Source: a virus
Direction: 5' to 3' (one strand)
Length of the DNA stretch: 64,000 nucleotides
IMG/VR virus record: IMGVR_UViG_3300019762_000007
Coordinates: 24,713 to 88,712 of that record
Every line of letters begins with the position of its first letter. Positions within the stretch are counted from its first letter, which is position 1. Under the pieces are notes generated by a model, which was given only the letters and a program-made list of their open reading frames with translations, ran no database searches and was not told the DNA's origin. The translations under genes were made by a program, and so were the position numbers. This document shows, piece after piece, positions 10,976 through 18,339 of the stretch.

Positions 10976-11220
10976 TACTTTAAATTTTTTATTAACTCCA
11001 ATTGATCTTTACTAAGATCTATAATTTTGCTAAGATGTTCTGCCCTAGCTTTACTAACTTTAAATATTCCTAAATGCTTTAACCTAACTGCTTCAAACTT
11101 TTCACTACTCATAGCTCTAGCAACTAATTCTAACTGTGCTCTAAGACATGCCCTACTGACATACCTATAAGTACAATGCTCTTCTGCTACTTCTGCATGT
11201 ATCTCATCAATTGCGGTCAT
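10975..11220 (-). CDS. IHF/HU-like DNA-binding protein
   Basis: 81 aa, helix pair then VRLKHLGIFKV (HU-like VxLxxFGxF). Confidence 0.65.
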   Translation of the reverse strand: MTAIDEIHAEVAEEHCTYRYVSRACLRAQLELVARAMSSEKFEAVRLKHLGIFKVSKARAEHLSKIIDLSKDQLELIKNLK

Positions 11221-11563
11221 ATGTTAGACTTATAGATGTTGGTATAACACTCATATCTATATCACTAAACTTTGTTAAGAACTTCTTATCCTTTAGGGAC
11301 TTAATTAAGTATCCAAGATACTGTTTTGAACCAATACCTAAAGTAGTACCATATTGTGCTCTACTTTCAGTAGACAGCAGGAATGATGGAATAAACTTAA
11401 CAGCTAGTCCATCTTCTGCTAATTGTAGTCTTTTCTCTAATAATAAGGTAGCTAATTCTATCTCATTATCAGATAACTTCCATAAGAAGTTAGACATCTG
11501 GATAATTTTAATGAGAGCATTATTTGCTCTAGCACTCTCTAATGTAATTAATACTGTACTCAT
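11207..11563 (-). CDS. Hypothetical protein, possibly winged-helix DNA binding
   Basis: First gene of the minus-strand operon; LSDNEIEL...YLIKSLKDKKFL pattern. Confidence 0.5.
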   Translation of the reverse strand: MSTVLITLESARANNALIKIIQMSNFLWKLSDNEIELATLLLEKRLQLAEDGLAVKFIPSFLLSTESRAQYGTTLGIGSKQYLGYLIKSLKDKKFLTKFSDIDMSVIPTSISLTYDRN

Positions 11564-11583
11564 ATAACTAATTTTAATTTGAA

Positions 11584-11614
11584 CAAATATAGTACATTAC
11601 TGTGTAAGTACAAA
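11584..11614 (-). promoter_or_regulatory. Full Bacteroidota housekeeping-type promoter for the head operon
   Basis: Minus strand TTTG-N19-TATATTTG, matching the -33/-7 consensus. Confidence 0.8.
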
Positions 11615-11793
11615 ACATTATTGGGTAAATAGTTTCTATAGATGTTGGCATTTCAAAATTTTTTTCTGTGGTAGAAATATACACTCTCTATCCATTACCT
11701 CCCCCACCTCGTCTCTTCGTTCCGACTGGGGGGTAACCAATACAACCAATTTCTACTACGTCAATTTTATTTTAACTATAAAAACTAGAAATT

Positions 11794-12234
11794 ATGAGTA
11801 CATTAACAGCAGAACAGCAAGCAGTAGTAGCACAGATGTTGAGTAAGTTTAACTTAGCTGACGCTAATATTAAACAATCAAATCTTGAAATATCAGGCGA
11901 GATGCCTAATATCAAGGTATCTGATGTTGTAACATTCTTACAAGCATCTGGATTTCCTGATACATACTTTGGTCATTCATCTACAGGCAATGCATTTGTA
12001 TTAGCTTGGTCTAAAGCTGAAGGCAAGAGATTCTTTGTTAACTTCTTTACTACTGATTACAAGAAGATTGATGATAGCATAATGGCTGATATCTCTGAAG
12101 ATACTAATATCACATTCCGTGAAGCTAGATATCGTCAAGATTATACTTATGTTCATCCTACTACTAAAGTAGAGACATTGTATGCTAAAGGCAGTACAAT
12201 CTACTCACTTGTATTAGAAGAGATTGAAGAATAA
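11794..12234 (+). CDS. Hypothetical protein, first gene of plus-strand accessory region
   Basis: 146-aa ORF with AT-rich leader, followed by a terminator. Confidence 0.75.
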   Translation: MSTLTAEQQAVVAQMLSKFNLADANIKQSNLEISGEMPNIKVSDVVTFLQASGFPDTYFGHSSTGNAFVLAWSKAEGKRFFVNFFTTDYKKIDDSIMADISEDTNITFREARYRQDYTYVHPTTKVETLYAKGSTIYSLVLEEIEE

Positions 12235-12237
12235 TAG

Positions 12238-12265
12238 AAAGAGAGCGTAAGCTCTCTTTTATTTT
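12238..12265 (+). terminator. Intrinsic terminator
   Basis: AAAGAGAGC-GTAA-GCTCTCTTT then T-rich tail. Confidence 0.8.
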
Positions 12266-12356
12266 CACTTATAATCCAGTACAAACAATTTCTATTGTTT
12301 AATAGTTTTTATCAAGCAATCAATAACGAAACAATCAATAATCAAATAACGCAACC

Positions 12357-12725
12357 ATGAGTAATAGTCTAATATTCAGAGTAAATTTAGCTACATTCCT
12401 AGTAATGCTAGCAATTGGAGTAACAATTGGATTAACCCAAAAGGATAGTAAGGTAATTACACCTAAGGTACACAATGTAATACAGGCTAATCAGAACATA
12501 TTAGTATCTAGTCTAGCATCTAATAACGAGATATTATCTGTATTAGATTCTAAATTAGAATCAGCATTAGAAAACTTGGATAAAGCTACTAGATACACTC
12601 ATGATTCAGGAGCTATTAAGAATCCCCAGAAGTACGAAGAGTGTAAGTTAATAGTTGAAGAGCTACAGAATACAATAGATACTTATGAAAGGATTAATAA
12701 GATACTTAGGAGTTCTTTGAAGTAA
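12357..12725 (+). CDS. Membrane-anchored coiled-coil protein
   Basis: N-terminal hydrophobic helix, 122 aa. Confidence 0.65.
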   Translation: MSNSLIFRVNLATFLVMLAIGVTIGLTQKDSKVITPKVHNVIQANQNILVSSLASNNEILSVLDSKLESALENLDKATRYTHDSGAIKNPQKYEECKLIVEELQNTIDTYERINKILRSSLK

Positions 12726-12876
12726 GCCAGAAGTAGAAGAGGATAGAAAGAATAAGCCCAGATCTCCTTTGGACAGAGTCTGGGCTAATTGCTAATTGCT
12801 AATTGCTAATTGCTAATTAACATACTATTTATATCTTATTCTTTATGTATTACCTCTCTTCTACTTTCGGGGCTTA
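12723..12876 (+). ncRNA. Long-stem structured element enclosing a heptamer repeat
   Basis: Arms AGTAGAAGAG/CTCTTCTACT and AAAGAATAAG/CTTATTCTTT; inner hairpin AGCCCAGA/TCTGGGCT. Confidence 0.5.
12784..12818. repeat. Tandem repeat (GCTAATT)x5
   Basis: Five exact copies. Confidence 0.95.
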
Positions 12877-13004
12877 GTAGTTGTTGTTTCTTTTTGAACA
12901 AAACATACCGCAGCTCTCCTCGCTTGACTGTCGCAAGCTCGGTATTTTTATTTACATAAACAAGCATTTTACTAACTATTTTATAACTAAATAACGAAAT
13001 AATC

Positions 13005-13385
13005 ATGAAAAAGATTAAGAATTATATAAATAAAAGATTCTTTGCCAGAAGTACAGTAGAGAAAGAACTCATTACTCTGAAGTCTAGGTATGAAACATTA
13101 CTTAGTATTGCTGAAGATGGTGATTGGGAGAGTGCAAAGATATACAGCAAATACTATAATATCTCTTTTGGTATTTGTAAATACTTACATATTAAATTAG
13201 GTATAAGATTTAATCGTGAGGAAAGTATATATCTATTCGGCACTTGTTTGTTTCTAGGAGAAAACTCCATAGGAACCTTTTTATGCTATGGTTCTGCTTC
13301 AGGAATACAAATAAGGATAGATTGGTTAAATAATATTACAGAAGAACAATTAAACATATTAGTTAAACTTTATAAAGAATCTTAG
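13005..13385 (+). CDS. Hypothetical protein
   Basis: 126-aa ORF with AT-rich leader. Confidence 0.65.
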   Translation: MKKIKNYINKRFFARSTVEKELITLKSRYETLLSIAEDGDWESAKIYSKYYNISFGICKYLHIKLGIRFNREESIYLFGTCLFLGENSIGTFLCYGSASGIQIRIDWLNNITEEQLNILVKLYKES

Positions 13386-13508
13386 TTATGAATACTTTAC
13401 CAATAGTAGTAGAACAAGGAAGAAAAGTAATAGCATGTGATGATATTCATCAATTTGCTGAGTTAATTAACTTTTACTTTGATAATAAACAATAAAACAT
13501 TTTGAGTT

Positions 13509-13625
13509 ATGGTAACTTTAGAAACAATATCAAGAGTAACATTGACTGCTGCTGTAATAGTAGGGTCAGTAATAGTAGTATATTCAATAGGTAAGTCAAT
13601 TTATGACTATTTCAAGAAGAAATAA
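13509..13625 (+). CDS. Small membrane peptide (38 aa, not in ORF track)
   Basis: MVTLETISRVTLTAAVIVGSVIVVYSIG...KKK*. Confidence 0.5.
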   Translation: MVTLETISRVTLTAAVIVGSVIVVYSIGKSIYDYFKKK

Positions 13626-13713
13626 GTCTCTTAGAATCGCATAGATGAAAATAGACTGTATATCTGTACAGTCTATTCAATTCTCAGTTAGTTAATAATT
13701 AACCAAAAATATC

Positions 13714-13974
13714 ATGAAAAGAGTAAAACTAGTTAATTGCCTGTATGCTAAAGAAAGCAATACAAGTAAAATAGTAGATTTATATGAGACTCCAGAAGAG
13801 TTATTATCTGCATTACCTAATGCTTTTAACACTATTTTTCTTAAGATAGCTCTTAAAGATCCTAGATGTATAGGATTTGTAGTTATTAATGAAGAAGGAG
13901 ATTGGATACAGGTACTTAAAGATGAAATAATAGAGATTACTGAGGAAAATAACAGTGAGAATGCTTTATTATAA
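13714..13974 (+). CDS. Hypothetical protein
   Basis: 86-aa ORF with AT-rich leader. Confidence 0.65.
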   Translation: MKRVKLVNCLYAKESNTSKIVDLYETPEELLSALPNAFNTIFLKIALKDPRCIGFVVINEEGDWIQVLKDEIIEITEENNSENALL

Positions 13975-13999
13975 AGTTTAATTTTAAGTTATAAGTGTT

Positions 14000-14058
14000 T
14001 GATAGATAGAGTATTACAGAGGGTATAAACCAATATACCCATTTTACTCTATCTATCA
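14000..14058. repeat. Long inverted repeat / hairpin
   Basis: TGATAGATAGAGTA/TACTCTATCTATCA plus inner GGGTATA/TATACCC. Confidence 0.7.
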
Positions 14059-14164
14059 TTAGTCTTACTATAGATTACTATAGCTTAAACTAGAACAATA
14101 GACTATTATCCTATCACGCTAAATTGCAATTCTAAACAAACTATTAATACTAATTATTAATAAA

Positions 14165-14452
14165 ATGATAATAGATATAACGACTATACTACCTTTTGGT
14201 AAATATAAAGGAGAATCAATAGAAACTTTATTCAATAGAATATCTAAAAGAGAAGCTAATAGTTTAATTAATTATTTTAATTGGGTAGAAAAGAAAACTC
14301 AGCATTCATTAACTATAAAAGCAAACTTATACTTAGAAGGCATAGTAGATTACTTTGCATTACGCATTAGTAGTTATAGTTCTAAACCTAAAAGTGATTT
14401 ATATCTATCTGATAGAATAGATGGTAACAATCCTTGTGCATTTATACATTAA
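14165..14452 (+). CDS. Hypothetical protein with PFGKYKG motif
   Basis: LPFGKYKG as in DUF3820/exonuclease-X C-terminal-type domains. Confidence 0.6.
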   Translation: MIIDITTILPFGKYKGESIETLFNRISKREANSLINYFNWVEKKTQHSLTIKANLYLEGIVDYFALRISSYSSKPKSDLYLSDRIDGNNPCAFIH

Positions 14453-14489
14453 ATTCTAAACAAATTACTAACGCTAAAAACTATAAGCT

Positions 14490-14915
14490 ATGTCAAAACA
14501 GAATAACATAATAGAACAATTAGAGTTGCCACCATTAGGATTAAAACCAAGAAGACTTCATGATGCTGGTAGAATAAAAGATATAGTAAGTGCTATCAAC
14601 AGATATCGCGAAGCTAAATTGGAAATACCTAAAGAGTGGACAGAAGAGTATAATGATTTAGTTAATACTCCGATGATAGTCACAATACAAGGTGAACTTA
14701 AAGCTGGTAATATAGTAATCAATACTATAGAGGGATTAAGAACTTGTAATATAGAAGAACTTGTTAAGCAACATATAGATGGTTTATTATATGATTTAAA
14801 CTTAACAGAGCCAGAAATATTAGCAAGTAAATCATTAAACTTGATTAATAACTATGCTATCTTTAATGTTATCAAGTTATTACATAAGAAATGTAACGAA
14901 GTGAAAAGAAAGTAA
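14490..14915 (+). CDS. Hypothetical protein
   Basis: 141-aa ORF. Confidence 0.65.
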   Translation: MSKQNNIIEQLELPPLGLKPRRLHDAGRIKDIVSAINRYREAKLEIPKEWTEEYNDLVNTPMIVTIQGELKAGNIVINTIEGLRTCNIEELVKQHIDGLLYDLNLTEPEILASKSLNLINNYAIFNVIKLLHKKCNEVKRK

Positions 14916-14935
14916 CTAACTAATACTAAATTGTA

Positions 14936-15241
14936 ATGATACTACGCAATCAACAAGTCGGAAATAATAAGGATGTGACTGTAATATCTCTTGGCCAGGG
15001 TACAATAGGTATAAGTGCTATTTGGCAAGAAGGAGAAAGAGCTGGAATTACTTTTGTAACAGTACCAAAAGAAGATATAGGTACAGAACAAGATAATGAT
15101 GGCAGTATGGAAGTACTACTATCTTTTGAGAATATCGAAAGCTATAATGTATTTTATGAGTACTTACTTAAAGTTAGAGATAAAATCCCTGGATTTAATC
15201 AGGAAGATTTTATTTGTGGAGAATGTGGTATGGAACAGTAA
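14936..15241 (+). CDS. Hypothetical protein
   Basis: 101-aa ORF preceded by a repeated leader. Confidence 0.65.
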   Translation: MILRNQQVGNNKDVTVISLGQGTIGISAIWQEGERAGITFVTVPKEDIGTEQDNDGSMEVLLSFENIESYNVFYEYLLKVRDKIPGFNQEDFICGECGMEQ

Positions 15242-15258
15242 ATTAATACTAAATCGTA

Positions 15259-15387
15259 ATGGAAGATTGTGAAATAGGGATCTGTGAAGAGGAAGAAGAA
15301 ACCATTTGTCCAGAATGTGGAAAGTTGATTATACTAACATGGAGCGGAATTAGATGTCCCAATTGTGGTTATTTTGACTGTTATTAA
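15259..15387 (+). CDS. Small zinc-ribbon protein (42 aa, not in ORF track)
   Basis: CPECG...CPNCG; same leader as neighbouring genes. Confidence 0.7.
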   Translation: MEDCEIGICEEEEETICPECGKLIILTWSGIRCPNCGYFDCY

Positions 15388-15404
15388 ACTAATACTACAT
15401 TGTA

Positions 15405-15716
15405 ATGGAAGATAGAATAAATTTCCTTATTGGCGATAAGAGATATTGGATACCTAATACAGATTATGAGGATGCTAATTCTGCTTTGGACGAGGCTTTT
15501 ATTATTGAAGATGCTTCTAAGATTAAAACCAATGCTGACTCTGATTCATTTTCAAAGGCTTATTGGGATAATATCCAAAAGGCTGAGGATAAAATTGTAA
15601 AAGCAGAGGAATCAATCAAAATAGCTAAAGAAGATGCTGACAAGAAGATTGAAGGCTTTAATAATCAAATTAAAGTACTTGAGAAAAGATTAAATACTAT
15701 TTTATCTTCTAAGTAA
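15405..15716 (+). CDS. Hypothetical coiled-coil protein
   Basis: 103-aa ORF preceded by the repeated leader. Confidence 0.65.
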   Translation: MEDRINFLIGDKRYWIPNTDYEDANSALDEAFIIEDASKIKTNADSDSFSKAYWDNIQKAEDKIVKAEESIKIAKEDADKKIEGFNNQIKVLEKRLNTILSSK

Positions 15717-15727
15717 TTTAAAACGTA

Positions 15728-15788
15728 GGCTATATACTCATTAGGGAGTTATCTAGATTAGGTGCTGGTTCGATTCCAGCTATAGTCT
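15728..15788 (+). ncRNA. tRNA-like RNA 1, anticodon arm reduced to a 3-nt-loop stub
   Basis: Acceptor GGCTATA/TATAGTC, D arm CTC..GG..GAG, T arm GCTGG-TTCGATT-CCAGC; only ~15 nt between D and T arms. Confidence 0.75.
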
Positions 15789-15826
15789 CTAATTATAATA
15801 TAAACTAATAACTAATAACTAATATC

Positions 15827-16210
15827 ATGACTAAAGAACAAGAGAAACTAAAGAAAGCTTGGGTCAAAGCCCATTTAGAAACTGCTAAAGAATATGAAGA
15901 AAATACACATCGTTGTACTGTTGATTATTGTAAGTTATGTATTACAGTTCGATGTAATGATGGCTCATGTAACCTATGTTCTCAATCTATATTTAGTGGA
16001 ATGGTAGGGTGTAAGGATAGACACTTAGAAGCTAAGCCTAGCTTCTATGTAAAGAATACTATACCTTATATAGAGTATCATAAAGAGGTAGCTAAACTCA
16101 TCAAAGACAGTGATAGACCTTTTAATAAGGATAACACTTTTACTGCTACAATGGGGAAGAAGATAAAACTATTAGATAAAACTATTTATGAGAAGTATAA
16201 CCAGAAGTAG
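15827..16210 (+). CDS. Cys-rich hypothetical protein
   Basis: CKLC and CNLC motifs. Confidence 0.65.
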   Translation: MTKEQEKLKKAWVKAHLETAKEYEENTHRCTVDYCKLCITVRCNDGSCNLCSQSIFSGMVGCKDRHLEAKPSFYVKNTIPYIEYHKEVAKLIKDSDRPFNKDNTFTATMGKKIKLLDKTIYEKYNQK

Positions 16211-16330
16211 ATATAGATAACTAATCTGTGAGCTAATTATACTAATATATATACAATAAACTAACTTGGAATATAGCTTGGTTTATTGTACATGTATTAG
16301 AGTTTATTAATGGTTTAATATTTTAAAATA

Positions 16331-16720
16331 ATGTTAGAAAATAAAGCTAGAGATATTATAGTAAGTCATGCAAGAGCCACTCTTACTAAAATACCCGTAG
16401 AAAGCGGGGCATGTAGATATAATTTCCGATGTCACAATAATGCTGTAAATGACGCTCTAAATAATAATCAAGATTCTATAGCAATGTGTATTTATATTGA
16501 TGAAGGTTACCCTGTAATTCATTTCATAAATATAGATAATGACGGAATATATACTGATAATACATTAGGAAGATGGAGTGAGACTGTAGAATATTTCTTA
16601 GTAAAGAAAATACCTAAAGTGGATTTCTTTACTGTTAGTACAGTATTCTCCGCTTATAGAAAAGAATTAAAACGAAAAATACCATTCGTTATAAGAATAC
16701 TTAACTGGTACAAATTTTAA
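16331..16720 (+). CDS. Hypothetical protein
   Basis: 129-aa ORF, CHNNAV motif. Confidence 0.65.
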   Translation: MLENKARDIIVSHARATLTKIPVESGACRYNFRCHNNAVNDALNNNQDSIAMCIYIDEGYPVIHFINIDNDGIYTDNTLGRWSETVEYFLVKKIPKVDFFTVSTVFSAYRKELKRKIPFVIRILNWYKF

Positions 16721-16724
16721 TACT

Positions 16725-17018
16725 ATGAAAATAGAGGATAAAGTAAAAAAGCTAATAGCTGAAAAGTTAGACTTAGATTCTGAAGATGTTAAAGCTATCA
16801 CAGATAAAACAACTTTTGAGTTTTTAAAAGCAGATGAATTAGATATTATAGAAATAATAATGGATTGTGAAAAAGAGTTCAATATTATTTTTACTGTAAA
16901 AGAAGATACTAAAATTGCTGGTACGGAAAATGCTACAGTACGAGATTTAATAGAAATTATTAAATCTCATTTACAAAACACCAACAAAGTTAACAACGCT
17001 AGTGACTCTAAAGAGTAA
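16725..17018 (+). CDS. Acyl carrier protein-like protein lacking the phosphopantetheine Ser
   Basis: IEDKVKKLIAEKL...LKADELDIIEIIMDCEKEFNI...TVRDLI aligns with ACP; DSL motif reads DEL. Confidence 0.8.
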   Translation: MKIEDKVKKLIAEKLDLDSEDVKAITDKTTFEFLKADELDIIEIIMDCEKEFNIIFTVKEDTKIAGTENATVRDLIEIIKSHLQNTNKVNNASDSKE

Positions 17019-17058
17019 TTAACTTTAGATAGCCTGTAATTCTAGAATTGTTGGAATA

Positions 17059-17131
17059 GGTATATGTAATGCTCAGTTGGTTAGAGAGCTACTCAAGGGA
17101 GTGGTCGTAGGTTCAAGTCCTACCATATACC
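17059..17131 (+). ncRNA. tRNA-like RNA 2, anticodon arm replaced by a tetraloop hairpin
   Basis: GGTATATG/CATATACC, D arm GCTCAGTTGGTTAGAG, GCTACTC-AAGG-GAGTGGT, T arm GTAGG-TTCAAGT-CCTAC. Confidence 0.75.
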
Positions 17132-17132
17132 C

Positions 17133-17223
17133 AAAAGATACTAGAGAATACAGTTCGAGGCTGTACCTGCTTTTCAAAAGGGCGGACAAGTAGCATAATA
17201 ATGGTTAATGCGCAGTATCTTTT
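17133..17223 (+). ncRNA. tRNA-like RNA 3, circularly permuted (T arm before D arm; Y RNA/YrlA-like topology)
   Basis: Closing stem AAAAGATACT/AGTATCTTTT; TACAG-TTCGAGG-CTGTA; closed hairpin; TA-GCAT-AATAATGGTTA-ATGC. Confidence 0.7.
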
Positions 17224-17228
17224 AATTA

Positions 17229-17398
17229 GGACATATAAGCTCATTGGATAGAGCTTATACATATCAAGCGTAAAAAGTATAGATATACGGAGGTAAAGAT
17301 TGAGATACCTGAATAGACAGGCTAAGAACTTCCCATGATATACTCTCAATAGCTTCTAGATATAGTATAGGTAGTTGGTTCGATTCCAACTATGTCCT
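17229..17398 (+). ncRNA. tRNA-like RNA 4 with ~119-nt structured insert in place of the anticodon arm
   Basis: GGACATA/TATGTCC, GCTC-ATTGGATA-GAGC, GTTGG-TTCGATT-CCAAC. Confidence 0.75.
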
Positions 17399-17401
17399 CA
17401 A

Positions 17402-17562
17402 ATAGTAATGTGCTTTTTTAGTAAAGTACCTTATATACAATAGATAAGTATTTGTATACGAAATACTTATTGCGGAACATTCTTATATACGAATACAGGT
17501 AGAGCGCTCACTGACTGTATACGAAAATTAAGAAGACCTTGACAGGTGTAGAAAATTACTAT
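17402..17562 (+). ncRNA. Multi-hairpin element with repeated TATACGAA
   Basis: Closing ATAGTAAT/ATTACTAT; hairpin ATAAGTATTT-GTATACG-AAATACTTAT; three TATACGAA copies. Confidence 0.5.
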
Positions 17563-17602
17563 AGAGTTTATGAAAAAGGTTCTCTAAAAACCTTTATATT
17601 AT

Positions 17603-17755
17603 GTGCAAGTATCTTAATTGGTAAAGAAGGGAGCGGAAGTTAACTCCCTTAGAGAATTAGTATAGGCTTGAGTTCGATACTAGTTGGCAGATGACTAGAA
17701 ACATTCTCTGATCGCAGAACAGCGGAATATGTAGGTTCGAATCCTACCTTGCACA
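17603..17755 (+). ncRNA. tRNA-like RNA 5 with ~103-nt branched insert
   Basis: GTGCAAG/CTTGCAC, TCTT-AATTGGTA-AAGA, GTAGG-TTCGAAT-CCTAC. Confidence 0.78.
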
Positions 17756-17757
17756 CA

Positions 17758-17982
17758 AATCAAGAATAACCAAAACACTACCAACTGTGAAGTGTGTAGT
17801 GATTGTTTTTCATTTTGTTTTATACATGTACATTACAATACTATAATCCTCCCTAAGAAAGTTGTGAAACTAAACTGGGTAGTATAAACTAGAAGGATAG
17901 TTTACTTATAGTATTTAAAGTTAAATTTGACTTTTTTCATTGAGTTTGATTATTGGTTAATTAGTAAAGGTTATTCTTGATT
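17758..17982 (+). ncRNA. Large structured RNA closed by a 14-bp stem
   Basis: AATCAAGAATAACC/GGTTATTCTTGATT perfect; inner AATACTATAA/TTATAGTATT and CACTAC/GTAGTG. Confidence 0.6.
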
Positions 17983-17991
17983 ATTTTATTT

Positions 17992-18071
17992 ACCAGAAGA
18001 GTTAGAACTGGTTATAAGATTGCATTTATTGTACTAGGTACAGTAGACAGTTCTATAAAAGCTCTTCTGGT
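17992..18071 (+). ncRNA. Long hairpin element
   Basis: ACCAGAAGAG/CTCTTCTGGT and AGAACTG/CAGTTCT. Confidence 0.5.
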
Positions 18072-18103
18072 TTTATTTAAAATTTATATTTAAACTATAT
18101 AAT

Positions 18104-18328
18104 ATGAAATACGAAGATTTAGAGCAACATTTCACAGCTCCTAAAGTAATAAGTGGTATGTTTAGTAGTAAACGTATACCAAGAAAACTAAAGAAGAAAG
18201 TTAAAGCTTTTTGTTATGTACATTGGGAAGATTTAACTAATGGTCAGAGATTGTGGTACTACTTAGGAAATAGTAATAAGAGTTATAAAGCATTTCTTAT
18301 TAAACAACTTTGCAATAATTGTAACTAA
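18104..18328 (+). CDS. Hypothetical protein
   Basis: 74 aa, RIPRKLKKK motif common in small phage proteins. Confidence 0.6.
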   Translation: MKYEDLEQHFTAPKVISGMFSSKRIPRKLKKKVKAFCYVHWEDLTNGQRLWYYLGNSNKSYKAFLIKQLCNNCN

Positions 18329-18339
18329 AACTGTGTAAT

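Noticed and set aside
549-11567. Plus-strand ORFs overlapping the head module (e.g. 3100-3510, 3443-3910, 9572-9925)
   Set aside because: Ser/Leu-rich antisense shadows of real minus-strand genes.
17113-17349. 78-aa minus-strand ORF
   Set aside because: Antisense to three tRNA-like RNAs, with no recognisable protein features.
12784-17523. CRISPR array at the GCTAATT or TATACGAA repeats
   Set aside because: Repeats are only 7-8 nt, without a repeat-spacer architecture, and no cas genes are present.
17229-17755. Inserts as group I or archaeal-type tRNA introns
   Set aside because: Too short for a group I core, no P7 signatures or bulge-helix-bulge motif, and I could not find an excision that restores a standard anticodon loop.
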